DNA from: a virus
Taxonomy: Duplodnaviria; Caudoviricetes
Length of the DNA: 25,384 nt
Reading direction: 5' to 3' (one strand)
Virus record (IMG/VR): IMGVR_UViG_3300021139_000135
Span: 1-25,384 of that record
The notes under the pieces were generated by a model. The model did no database searches and was not told where the DNA came from. It saw nothing but the letters and a program-made list of their open reading frames with translations. The position numbers were made by a program, and so were the translations under genes. Position 1 is the stretch's first letter, and each line of letters starts with the position of its first letter. Of this stretch, positions 1-7,748 are shown in pieces.

Positions 1-478
1 CTTCAGGATTCGTTAAGAAGTTCTCAATTCCAGCGTGCTCAATGTATCTAAACTTGATATCTTGCTGCTTCTTTTCTTTCATGATTCTACGTATGAAAGC
101 GTAATAGCAAATCTGTGTAAAGTAGGCAAACGCATTTGGATTACCAGTTCGTGTTGCGGCTTCTACATTATAATTCATGATGGCTTTAATACAGTTCTCT
201 ACGCCATCCATAACCATCTCCTCACGATAAGTATATCGAATAAAGTTTGGTTTATGAGATAATCCCTCGGCAATTCGAAGAAAGCATCTGCCAATATATT
301 CGGTTATACGAGGAACCTCAGCGTTATTTAATTGAGCCGCTTTCACAGACTTCACATAGTCTACGACTGCCTGTGAAAATTCTTTGTTGTTTACGTAGTG
401 TACACCCTCGCGCTTTGCAGCTAGCGTAGTTTTCTTTGGAGGTGTATTAATTAAAATTTGGTTGTCAGTCATAGGCAT
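1..478 (-). CDS. gp55: T4 gp55-like late-transcription sigma factor (3' end runs off the window)
   Basis: Not in the ORF track. Hand translation from ATG at 478: MPMTDNQILINTPPKKTTLAAKREGVHYVNNKEFSQAVVDY...ITEYIGRCFLRIAEGLSHKPNFIRYTYREEMVMDGVENCIKAIMNYN...NPNAFAYFTQICYYAFIRRIMKEKKQ. The HYVNNKEF, IAEGLSHKPNF and NAFAYFTQICYYAFIRRI motifs are gp55 hallmarks, and the gene lies downstream of uvsW. Confidence 0.96.
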   Translation of the reverse strand, partial: MPMTDNQILINTPPKKTTLAAKREGVHYVNNKEFSQAVVDYVKSVKAAQLNNAEVPRITEYIGRCFLRIAEGLSHKPNFIRYTYREEMVMDGVENCIKAIMNYNVEAATRTGNPNAFAYFTQICYYAFIRRIMKEKKQQDIKFRYIEHAGIENFLTNPE

Positions 479-508
479 GATATAAGTCTATCTATGTTAA
501 TTATCTAC

Positions 509-538
509 ATTATATTATAAAATATCGAGATTGTAAAC
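509..538 (-). promoter_or_regulatory. sigma70/T4-early-like promoter for gp55
   Basis: Minus strand GTTTACA-N17-TATAAT (-35 at 537-532, -10 at 514-509), about 30 nt upstream of the gp55 ATG. GTTTAC matches the T4 early -35 consensus. Confidence 0.75.
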
Positions 539-592
539 ATTATAGTATTAATTTCAATTCAATAGTTTCGTTTCAAAAACATTACAATAAGT

Positions 593-621
593 TTTACATC
601 TGTCTAAAAAGCCGTTATTTT
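593..621 (+). promoter_or_regulatory. candidate divergent (antisense) sigma70-like promoter
   Basis: Plus strand TTTACA(593-598)-N17-TATTTT(616-621), with the same -35 hexamer and spacing as the gp55 and uvsY promoters. The region is AT-rich, so a chance match is possible. Confidence 0.35.
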
Positions 622-667
622 GTATCTAGTGATACAGGGAAAAGCAGAATACAGGAATTGGAGAATA

Positions 668-1099
668 TCAATTATTTGATCTATCATGAGGATATTTCTT
701 ATTACTCGAATGGTTATTAAACTTGTAGTTGAGATCCTCAAATGGAGAAGAAGATTGAGTAGTCTTACCGTTATTGTTATTCTTTGTAGCATTTAGAATT
801 GCTAATTCTTTTCTTTGCACTATCAATTGGTAGTCTTCTTTTGTTCTAGAATCTGGTATTGCAGCAGAAATGACGTGCTGTTTTCTAATTACATGAATTC
901 GAGAGTCTGTGGACATGAACCATTCTGAGTAATAGGCAACGACATGTACTCCATCTTCTTCATTTTGTTGATGCAAATTAATTAGATATGGATCACGTAT
1001 GAATATGTTATCATCGCTGTCTTTAATCACTTGGCATATAAGTGTATCACCTGAGACAAGTTTAAGTATCAATGAGGCTTCTTGGATTAGATCGTTCAT
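668..1099 (-). CDS. conserved T4-like protein between uvsW and gp55, Sm/LSm-like beta fold
   Basis: 143 aa. ILKLVSGDTLICQV...IFIRDPY...EWF...HVIRKQHVI pattern, ATGA overlap with the uvsW stop, and a conserved position in aquatic T4-like phages. Confidence 0.7.
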   Translation of the reverse strand: MNDLIQEASLILKLVSGDTLICQVIKDSDDNIFIRDPYLINLHQQNEEDGVHVVAYYSEWFMSTDSRIHVIRKQHVISAAIPDSRTKEDYQLIVQRKELAILNATKNNNNGKTTQSSSPFEDLNYKFNNHSSNKKYPHDRSNN

Positions 1100-2634
1100 A
1101 TGTTTACCTCATGGATTGCGTAGCTAAATTTTTCCTTGGAATAGATTTTAATTCTCTCTGCTGCATGATCCAACGTATAGTTCCGATGTTTCTTCCAATG
1201 AAGATCATCTGCGATATCAAATACCTTTGTTCCTTGATTGTTATCTGCTTTACGAAGTCCTCTACCAATTGATTGTAGAACTCGAATTTGAGACTTTGAG
1301 GGAGAAGCAAATATGATATTATGAAGATTTCGAATATTGATACCTGTAGAGAAAGTTCCCATTGATGCTACAATGATTGCATCTTTCTCACCCTCAGTGA
1401 TGGAACGAATTCTTTCTCTCTCATCGGTTTCGACAGAACCAGATACAAAGAACAGCTTTCTTGCTGCTGAAGGTCTGGCTGATTCTAATAGCTTCTTTTG
1501 TATCATGTCGTAGATAGGCTTGCCATGTTTTTCAACATAGTTATAGAGGATAAGAGTATTTCCTTCTTGTGCAAGAGCTAAGTTACGAATAAATTTGTTT
1601 CTAGGGATATAGCTTACCAGGAAGTCGATTTCTTCTTGATAAGATTTCTTTTTCAATTCCTGACAGTATTTATCATCGTACTTAAGTAGGAGAATCGATA
1701 TCTCAAGTTCTGACAAGGCATCTGAATCAATCAGTGCCTTTGTCGTCGTCACCTGATAGACTGGACCAAATAAACCCTCAAGCACGAGTTTATGCGTTTG
1801 AGTTCCATCCAGAGTTCCAGTTGTTCCTATACGATACTTACAATCCCTTAACTTCTCCATGATCGAGGATAAAGACTTCGCTTTAAAGTTATGGGCTTCA
1901 TCTCCTATCACCATTCGAAATGGTTCAAACCAAGTAGGAGGCATCTTGTAGATCGATTGCCAGGTTGTAATAATTACCTCTTGCTGGACATTGATTCTTT
2001 CTTTTCCTGAGTAGATTCTATGGCAAGACTCTTCATGATTCCAGGTATCATCATTCGTTGAATAATCTCCAAAGTCTTTATACATCTGCTCAACAAGAGA
2101 TGTTGTAGGTACAATGATTAGCACTTTCTCATAATGCTGTCTCTTTATCTTACTTAGATACCAACGAAGTAGAATGTAAATGATAAGAGATTTACCAGAA
2201 GCAGTTGGACTTAGAAGTAATTTTCTTGTATGAGTCAGAACCTGAACAACTGCATCTAATTGGTAATCCCTTACCTCAATCTGTTTACCATGGGCATAAA
2301 GATTTAAGTCTTGAATGAATTGATTCAGTTCAGTGTCTTGAATAAGGATCTCCGAATCGATCCTTCCATAGTAATTATCGTCAAGAAACTCGAGTTCACA
2401 TTTACGAACCTCGGCAAATTCTTTCAGGTATGGAACGAGTCCTGCGTATAACGTGCGATCTTTCGTATTGAATAATCTTACCTTACCGTCCCAAAACTTA
2501 TTCCGATAAGCGGGCATGAACTTATATCCTGGAACGAAGAAAGTAAAGAATTCAGAGAGTTCCTGAGCGACTCCTGAATCGCAATCGACAGTGATAAACA
2601 CTTCATTCTTCTTCTTGATCTTCAATACATCCAT
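1096..2634 (-). CDS. uvsW: UvsW SF2 DNA helicase
   Basis: 512 aa. Q motif VRDYQ, Walker A SPTASGKS, DEAH box, motif VI QSIGRGLR, and N-terminal FMPAYRNKFWDGK typical of UvsW. Confidence 0.97.
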   Translation of the reverse strand: MDVLKIKKKNEVFITVDCDSGVAQELSEFFTFFVPGYKFMPAYRNKFWDGKVRLFNTKDRTLYAGLVPYLKEFAEVRKCELEFLDDNYYGRIDSEILIQDTELNQFIQDLNLYAHGKQIEVRDYQLDAVVQVLTHTRKLLLSPTASGKSLIIYILLRWYLSKIKRQHYEKVLIIVPTTSLVEQMYKDFGDYSTNDDTWNHEESCHRIYSGKERINVQQEVIITTWQSIYKMPPTWFEPFRMVIGDEAHNFKAKSLSSIMEKLRDCKYRIGTTGTLDGTQTHKLVLEGLFGPVYQVTTTKALIDSDALSELEISILLLKYDDKYCQELKKKSYQEEIDFLVSYIPRNKFIRNLALAQEGNTLILYNYVEKHGKPIYDMIQKKLLESARPSAARKLFFVSGSVETDERERIRSITEGEKDAIIVASMGTFSTGINIRNLHNIIFASPSKSQIRVLQSIGRGLRKADNNQGTKVFDIADDLHWKKHRNYTLDHAAERIKIYSKEKFSYAIHEVNI

Positions 2635-2647
2635 GATAAAGTTATTA

Positions 2648-2845
2648 TTATTTCTCTTTATTTATCACTGGATTTCTAGCCGCAAAAATCGATAAGGCGA
2701 TCTCGAGTATATCTCTATTCTCTGGATTATCAAGGTATCCTTTTTGTACAAGCATTTGAGCGTGTTCAAAATATGCATGCCTCTCATCTCCACTCAAGAG
2801 ATTCCATCTTGCCCAGAGCTGATCTTTTGGTCCAAGTTCGTTCAT
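2648..2845 (-). CDS. small hypothetical protein (~65 aa)
   Basis: The track ORF 2648..2902 overlaps uvsY by 61 nt. The more likely start is the ATG at 2845 (MNELGPKDQLWARW...), which forms an ATGA overlap with the uvsY TGA and fills the uvsY-uvsW gap. Confidence 0.65.
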   Translation of the reverse strand: MNELGPKDQLWARWNLLSGDERHAYFEHAQMLVQKGYLDNPENRDILEIALSIFAARNPVINKEK

Positions 2846-3288
2846 CCGCCAGAAGTAAAGCGTCTCCAATCGATCATGTTCTTGATCGTCGTATGTCTCC
2901 ACTTTAAGTTTCCTAATATCTCCTCAAGAGTATCTACCATCGTTTTGAGATATGCGATTCTTTCCTCAGTCTTCTGGAGTTCTGGGTCAGAATTAAAGTA
3001 ATACTCGAGATCTGATTTCATGATCTTGAGTCCATTGAAGGGATCGTAAGGCCAGCCTCTCTTATCGATCTCAGATTTATCCATCTTTCCATTGAAGTAA
3101 AGCCATTTATCACGAAGTAATACTTGCTGCTCCATCTCTTTTCTTTTCAATTGGAGCTTTGTAACTGAATGGAGTTCTAGATACTTTGAGTGAAGTTTGA
3201 TTCCATCGACAGATGCATCATCAAGTGCCATCTCATTTATGGCACTATCTTTCTTCCACATCGCAAGCAATTCATCAAGGGTTATCAT
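2842..3288 (-). CDS. uvsY: UvsY recombination mediator
   Basis: 148 aa. WKKDSAIN...IKLHSKYL...DKWLYFNGK...IKNMIDWRRFTSG, located between gp3 and uvsW. Confidence 0.93.
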   Translation of the reverse strand: MITLDELLAMWKKDSAINEMALDDASVDGIKLHSKYLELHSVTKLQLKRKEMEQQVLLRDKWLYFNGKMDKSEIDKRGWPYDPFNGLKIMKSDLEYYFNSDPELQKTEERIAYLKTMVDTLEEILGNLKWRHTTIKNMIDWRRFTSGG

Positions 3289-3295
3289 AATATAA

Positions 3296-3324
3296 AATAT
3301 ATCAAAAAGAAGTGAGAATGTAAA
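3296..3324 (-). promoter_or_regulatory. sigma70-like promoter for uvsY, probably leaderless
   Basis: Minus strand TTTACA(3324-3319)-N17-TATATT(3301-3296) with an extended -10 TG. The uvsY ATG is only 7 nt downstream of the -10. Confidence 0.65.
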
Positions 3325-3330
3325 TACTTC

Positions 3331-3795
3331 TTATAAGAATTCGAAGTAAGAATATCTGAAAGAAGCGTCAACTGTCACGTATTCAACGTCTGTATTTTGA
3401 GTATGTAAGTCTATGGATCCTACTGAAACAGGAAATGCATCAACATATCGTATTTGTTTTGATACATTGTTGTGAGAATCAAGAATCGAAAGGATCATAT
3501 CAGACTTTACGAATTGATCGATCTGAGAGTTCTTCGTGATCCAATTATAAAGCTCAAGATAGTTCTCAAGAAATTCTGATACTTGAAAAGTCATATCAAA
3601 TGGAGACCATTCCAAACGTTCGCCTGAAACATAATTCGGCATTGATTTGTATGGAAGAGAAACCTCGGCGAGACTGATCATAGGCACTGAGGTTTTAATG
3701 CAAAAGTACTCCATATTAGCAAACTGCGACGAATTGATTGTAACCTTAAACCCTGTTGGCGAAAGGTAGTTGAGTTGACTTGTTAAATTACTCAT
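3331..3795 (-). CDS. gp3: gp3-like tail tube terminator / tail completion protein
   Basis: 154 aa. NYLSPTGFK...ENYLELYNWI...SDMILSILDSHNN...DAFPVS...ASFRYSYFEF, immediately downstream of gp23. Confidence 0.9.
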   Translation of the reverse strand: MSNLTSQLNYLSPTGFKVTINSSQFANMEYFCIKTSVPMISLAEVSLPYKSMPNYVSGERLEWSPFDMTFQVSEFLENYLELYNWITKNSQIDQFVKSDMILSILDSHNNVSKQIRYVDAFPVSVGSIDLHTQNTDVEYVTVDASFRYSYFEFL

Positions 3796-3801
3796 ATACT
3801 G

Positions 3802-3809
3802 TATTTATA
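3802..3809 (-). promoter_or_regulatory. T4 late promoter TATAAATA (gp3)
   Basis: Exact TATAAATA on the minus strand, 6 nt before the gp3 ATG. Confidence 0.88.
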
Positions 3810-3813
3810 AGCC

Positions 3814-3843
3814 AAAAAAGGGATCCTCTTTCGAGGATCCCTT
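3814..3843 (-). terminator. rho-independent terminator after gp23
   Basis: AAGGGATCCTC-GAAA-GAGGATCCCTT followed by a T-run: a perfect 11-bp stem with a GNRA loop. Confidence 0.93.
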
Positions 3844-3867
3844 AATTATTAGCTTACTATCTAATTA

Positions 3868-5220
3868 TTAATTTGATGGGTGTGCTGGACTTAGAACGCC
3901 TTTAACCGCGAAGATGCGGAAGTACTTGTTCGCACGATTGTTACCAACGCCGTTTTGAGGAGCTGTTGGGGATTCAGCGAATGGGTTAGCGATCATGCCG
4001 TAACGAGTCTTGAACCCGATACGTGGTTGGAAGTCTGATTGACCAACTGCACGGACCATAGTTAATGGTACGTATGGGCAATAGAATAAACCAGCATCAT
4101 ATGGGTTTGTTCCACGGTAACCGATTGTGCAATAGTCAACGGTTGCATATGGATCAATGTATACTTTGATACGACCATTTAATACACCAGCAAAGGTGTT
4201 ACCAGTATCATCAACTTCTAATTGAGTTGAAAGAGCTGGAGCGTAGTCTAATGTACCGGAAGCAGCGAGGGCTGTCGCAACATCTGATGAACAGAGTACG
4301 AAGTTACCCTTACCACGACGGGTGTCTTTAGCGATCTTGTTAGCTTCGCGATCGATCTGAACTAATAGACCACGATACTTTTCTGCTGACCAACGGCCAT
4401 CAGCATCTGTATAGAGGTTAAATGTACCAGGGACTGCGATGCCGCTCTGTTGTGCACCAAGGATAGCTTTTACGTTGATTGTACGAATAACTTCACGATT
4501 GATTTCAGCTAAGATTTCAGCTGAAAGAATGTTAGCTAATTCGGACTCAGCGTCAAGACCATGAACTGCTTTGAGGTCTTGTGCTAATTCCATTGTGTAC
4601 TCAGCCTTGAGGGCACGAGTTGTAGCGGTAACAGTTGATTTTTCGATTGAGAAAGCCATCTGAGCGAAGCTGCCAGTGCCGGAAGAACCGGTACCAAGAC
4701 CTTCAGCATAAGATGTGCTCATACCTGTACCATTAGCGAATGAGTTATCAACGCCGTCTGCATCTGCACCAGAACCACCAGTTACGGAAGGTAGTGAGGA
4801 TGAGTCGCCGCCCATTGAACCTGTACCGGAGAAAGCATCGTTAGCTTCTTGGTAAAGAGCTTCTGTGCCACCTTGTGAGGTGTATTTGCTCTTCATCGCG
4901 AATACTAAACCTGTTGGGCCGCTCATTGGTTGAACGCCGCAGATATCGTAAGCGATTAGGTTTGGCATGGAACGACGTACTAGGCTGATGAGGATTGGAT
5001 CCCAGTTAGCCATGTAGCCTGTGCCACCAGTTGTAGCATTAGCTGCTGTTTCGTTGATAGCTTGGAATGAGGATTGAGCGCGTTCTTCACGTAGTGCTTT
5101 TTCCTGATTTTCAAGAATAACCGCAGTGATTGATTTGCGGTATGTGTCTTTGATCTTTGGGAGATCCTTGTGCTCAAGGATTGGTGCCCATTTTTTGATT
5201 AGGTTTTCTGAGTTGAACAT
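3868..5220 (-). CDS. gp23: major capsid protein
   Basis: 450 aa. KWAPILEH, DPILISLVRRSMPNLIAYDICGVQPMSGPTGL, RALKAEYTMELAQDLKAVHGLDAE, YDAGLFYCPYVPL, FQPRIGFKTRYG. Confidence 0.99.
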   Translation of the reverse strand: MFNSENLIKKWAPILEHKDLPKIKDTYRKSITAVILENQEKALREERAQSSFQAINETAANATTGGTGYMANWDPILISLVRRSMPNLIAYDICGVQPMSGPTGLVFAMKSKYTSQGGTEALYQEANDAFSGTGSMGGDSSSLPSVTGGSGADADGVDNSFANGTGMSTSYAEGLGTGSSGTGSFAQMAFSIEKSTVTATTRALKAEYTMELAQDLKAVHGLDAESELANILSAEILAEINREVIRTINVKAILGAQQSGIAVPGTFNLYTDADGRWSAEKYRGLLVQIDREANKIAKDTRRGKGNFVLCSSDVATALAASGTLDYAPALSTQLEVDDTGNTFAGVLNGRIKVYIDPYATVDYCTIGYRGTNPYDAGLFYCPYVPLTMVRAVGQSDFQPRIGFKTRYGMIANPFAESPTAPQNGVGNNRANKYFRIFAVKGVLSPAHPSN

Positions 5221-5253
5221 GTTATGTCCTGTTATTTGTTATGACTGTAGTTT

Positions 5254-6717
5254 TTACGGCTGTTTGATAGTCCGTGAGATTGCTGTAGAGTAAGCTTCCA
5301 TTACTGGATTGAGTTCGACTTCTTGGCCGCTCTCATTTAATACTACTTCTACTTCGTTTTCTTTGGGTGAGTTGATAACTTTACGGAAGTAAGATTCTTT
5401 GATGCTTTTTACTTTCTTAGCGAAAGAATTTTCATCTTCAAAATCGATTGATTCCGCAAGTGTTTTGAGCTTTACTACCTCTGTTGAGGCAAGATCAGCT
5501 GAAGCTTCAGAGAGGATCTGTGTACGTTTTAGCGTATTGACAGTCTCATTTAACTTCATGTTTGATTCGGTCGTCTTGAGCAACTGTTCTTCGAGCTTGG
5601 AAACTTCTTTGTTGAGGCTATCAACAAGGTTTTCTTTTGCTTCAGGAACTTCGATGTAGGATTCTTTAAACACATTCTTTAAGGATGCGATAAAGTTTTC
5701 CGCGATCTCGGTGCGAAGGCCAGATTCAATAGCGACTTTGTTCTCTTCCATCCAGGTTGATACTACATAGCTAAGATAGCTATCGACTTTTTCAGCTAAA
5801 CCTTGAGTAGCTTTCACTAACTCTTCGTTTAATTGAGTCTTGTAGGATTCCTCGAGCTGGAGAACTTTAGCTGCTACTTTTGCGTTGACAGTTGATTCGA
5901 ATAGGCTAGAAGCTTTTGATTTGAATTCTTCGGAAAGGTTGGAATCTGAATTTAAGAGATTTCCGATTGACTCGTCCATCTTCTTACCTTCTTCTTCGCT
6001 ATCCTCTTCGTCGTTTTCTTTCTTCTTGGATTCTTCCTCTTCATCGGATTCCTCGTCGTCAGCTTTCTTTTCGTCAGCTTCCTTCTTTTTGGATTCCTCT
6101 TCTTCGGATTCGTCCTCGTCTTTTTTAGCTTCTTCTTCCGATTCTTCTGCAACTTGACCAGGCGTTTGCACGCTTAGCTTTGGAGCGATCGAATCTTCTG
6201 GATTTGGCTGATTGTATGGTGCCTGTTCGATATCACTTGGATTCGTCAAGGTCTGATATACATTCGCCAATTCTTCTGTCGTCATTTCTGACATCTGTTG
6301 ATACACTGCGTTGATGAGACCAGCTTTTGTCTTTGGAGCATTGGATTCTGAAACGCTAGGAATCGCTACGTCGGTTGGCTTACCATGAACTTTATTCAAT
6401 GGTGCCTGTGCAACTTTTGCGATACCTGCTGCGATAGCGTCTTCCGCTCTTTTGAGCTCTTCTGGTTCTGCAGGAGCTGTAGGCTCACCCTTCGTCTGAT
6501 TGTGAGGGGCTGGCTTTGTTGCATCCTGAGCTGCTTTTGAAGAATCGACCGAAGCTTTCACTTCGATTTCTTTTGCAGCAACAACCGCATCTGGCTTTTT
6601 CTTGCTGAATGGTTCCTCGTGGGAAACTTCAACGTCTTCAACAAGTCCATCTTTGTGTAGTTCTTCAACAGTGATGTCTTCAATGAGATCGAAGCGATCT
6701 TTTGATTTCTTTGACAT
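5254..6717 (-). CDS. gp22: prohead core scaffold protein with long N-terminal extension
   Basis: 487 aa, acidic and coiled-coil rich. LSEEFKSKASSLFES, KVDSYLSYVVSTWMEENKVAIESGLRTEIAENF, C-terminal PVMEAYSTAI, located between gp21 and gp23. Confidence 0.93.
   Translation of the reverse strand: MSKKSKDRFDLIEDITVEELHKDGLVEDVEVSHEEPFSKKKPDAVVAAKEIEVKASVDSSKAAQDATKPAPHNQTKGEPTAPAEPEELKRAEDAIAAGIAKVAQAPLNKVHGKPTDVAIPSVSESNAPKTKAGLINAVYQQMSEMTTEELANVYQTLTNPSDIEQAPYNQPNPEDSIAPKLSVQTPGQVAEESEEEAKKDEDESEEEESKKKEADEKKADDEESDEEEESKKKENDEEDSEEEGKKMDESIGNLLNSDSNLSEEFKSKASSLFESTVNAKVAAKVLQLEESYKTQLNEELVKATQGLAEKVDSYLSYVVSTWMEENKVAIESGLRTEIAENFIASLKNVFKESYIEVPEAKENLVDSLNKEVSKLEEQLLKTTESNMKLNETVNTLKRTQILSEASADLASTEVVKLKTLAESIDFEDENSFAKKVKSIKESYFRKVINSPKENEVEVVLNESGQEVELNPVMEAYSTAISRTIKQP
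5986..6145 (-). repeat. degenerate acidic/lysine tandem repeat inside gp22
   Basis: EESEEEAKKDEDESEEEESKKKEADEKKADDEESDEEEESKKKENDEEDSEEEGKK: about three DEESEEEESKKK-like units. Confidence 0.7.
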
Positions 6718-6749
6718 AGTGTTTTATCCCTACTATAATTGTATAGCGG

Positions 6750-6908
6750 TTAAAGTTTTGAGAGGAAACCTTCGCTTGTAAAAAAGCTAAATTTCAGTCT
6801 CTGTTTATTCAATTTTGACTCTAGGCACTTTGTAGTCACGTCACCATGATTAGTAGTAATACCCTTTGTCCCACCCATAACGTAAAATTGTTTGTCGCTG
6901 ACGCTCAT
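6750..6908 (-). CDS. possible 52-aa ORF between gp21 and gp22
   Basis: Below the track cutoff. MSVSDKQFYVMGGTKGITTNHGDVTTKCLESKLNKQRLKFSFFTSEGFLSKL. It starts 1 nt after the gp21 stop (TAA G ATG) and fills most of the 192-nt gap. Confidence 0.4.
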   Translation of the reverse strand: MSVSDKQFYVMGGTKGITTNHGDVTTKCLESKLNKQRLKFSFFTSEGFLSKL

Positions 6909-6909
6909 C

Positions 6910-7557
6910 TTATTTCTTCGAGGAGACTTCTAATAAGAAGTCAGAGAATGCTTTGATTTGAGCTTCGATTAAACGATTTGAAGGAGTCTTGAGGATCTCA
7001 TTCTTGATCTTTTCAGCGATGATCTCGTTACCTTTTACAAAGTACTCGACGCCTTCCATGATACCATTCACGAAAGCGTGAGGTGCGGAAGGATCCTGTA
7101 CGATGTCAACAGTTGCGAGAATAAAATCATTCTTTACGGTCATTACTTCTCCGATGCGTTCAAGAGAACCCATTCCGCGAGATGAAACACCGAATTGAAC
7201 ACCGCCCTCGAGAAGACCTTTTACGATCTGTCCGCAAGGTGTGTTAAGGATTAAAGCTTTACCAATCACATCGTTTCCGTTCCACTTGAGTTCAGTGATG
7301 CGATGGGATACTTTATCTAAATTGACTGTAGGACCATCTGGGTGATTTAATTCACCAACTGCGCGTCCTTTTTCGACTTGTTCTGTTACGTATTTTGCAA
7401 CAGCTGGAGCTAAAACGCTCTTTGGATAAACACGGCCATTGCGATTCTTTTGCTCGGCCTGCATGAAGATGCCATTGATATAAACTTTCTTATCAGGACC
7501 GGTACCTTCAGTAATGACTCCTAGACCAGAGTCGATTGCTTCTGTGATGAGTTTCAT
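6910..7557 (-). CDS. gp21: prohead protease
   Basis: 215 aa. GIFMQAEQKNRNGRVYP, GELNHP (catalytic His), GVSSRGMGS (catalytic Ser), DIVQDPSA. Confidence 0.98.
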   Translation of the reverse strand: MKLITEAIDSGLGVITEGTGPDKKVYINGIFMQAEQKNRNGRVYPKSVLAPAVAKYVTEQVEKGRAVGELNHPDGPTVNLDKVSHRITELKWNGNDVIGKALILNTPCGQIVKGLLEGGVQFGVSSRGMGSLERIGEVMTVKNDFILATVDIVQDPSAPHAFVNGIMEGVEYFVKGNEIIAEKIKNEILKTPSNRLIEAQIKAFSDFLLEVSSKK

Positions 7558-7558
7558 T

Positions 7559-7729
7559 TTACTTTGAAGGAGTTGCTGGTTTGCTGTATACTTGGCTAGC
7601 GATTGCTATTTTGCGTTCATCTAGAGCAGCATTCATCTTTTCGCTCATTGCACGAGCAAATGATTCCTGTGCCTGGGAGACTTTCCCTTGAGCTAGAGAA
7701 GTTACTAAATTTGTAACATTTGAATTCAT
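7559..7729 (-). CDS. gp67: gp67-like small prohead core protein (56 aa)
   Basis: Not in the track. MNSNVTNLVTSLAQGKVSQAQESFARAMSEKMNAALDERKIAIASQVYSKPATPSK. It lies between portal and protease, has its own late promoter and is coupled to gp21 (TAA A ATG). Confidence 0.75.
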   Translation of the reverse strand: MNSNVTNLVTSLAQGKVSQAQESFARAMSEKMNAALDERKIAIASQVYSKPATPSK

Positions 7730-7736
7730 TATATAC

Positions 7737-7744
7737 TATTTATA
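7737..7744 (-). promoter_or_regulatory. T4 late promoter TATAAATA (gp67-gp21)
   Basis: Exact TATAAATA, 7 nt upstream of the ATG at 7729. Confidence 0.88.
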
Positions 7745-7748
7745 AGGT

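Noticed and set aside
35-429. Plus-strand ORFs 35..262 and 247..429
   Set aside because: Antisense shadows of gp55, which occupies the minus strand and was missed by the track because it has no stop in the window.
604-792. 62-aa minus-strand ORF overlapping the Sm-like gene
   Set aside because: Out-of-frame overlap with a better-supported gene, running into the AT-rich promoter gap, with no recognisable features.
2846-2902. Longer 84-aa start for the uvsY-uvsW ORF
   Set aside because: It overlaps the conserved uvsY C-terminus by 61 nt. The ATGA-coupled start at 2845 is more parsimonious.
5399-6157. Ser-rich plus-strand ORFs and the Lys/Arg-rich ORF 5952..6152
   Set aside because: Antisense and alternative-frame readings of the Glu/Lys repeats in gp22.
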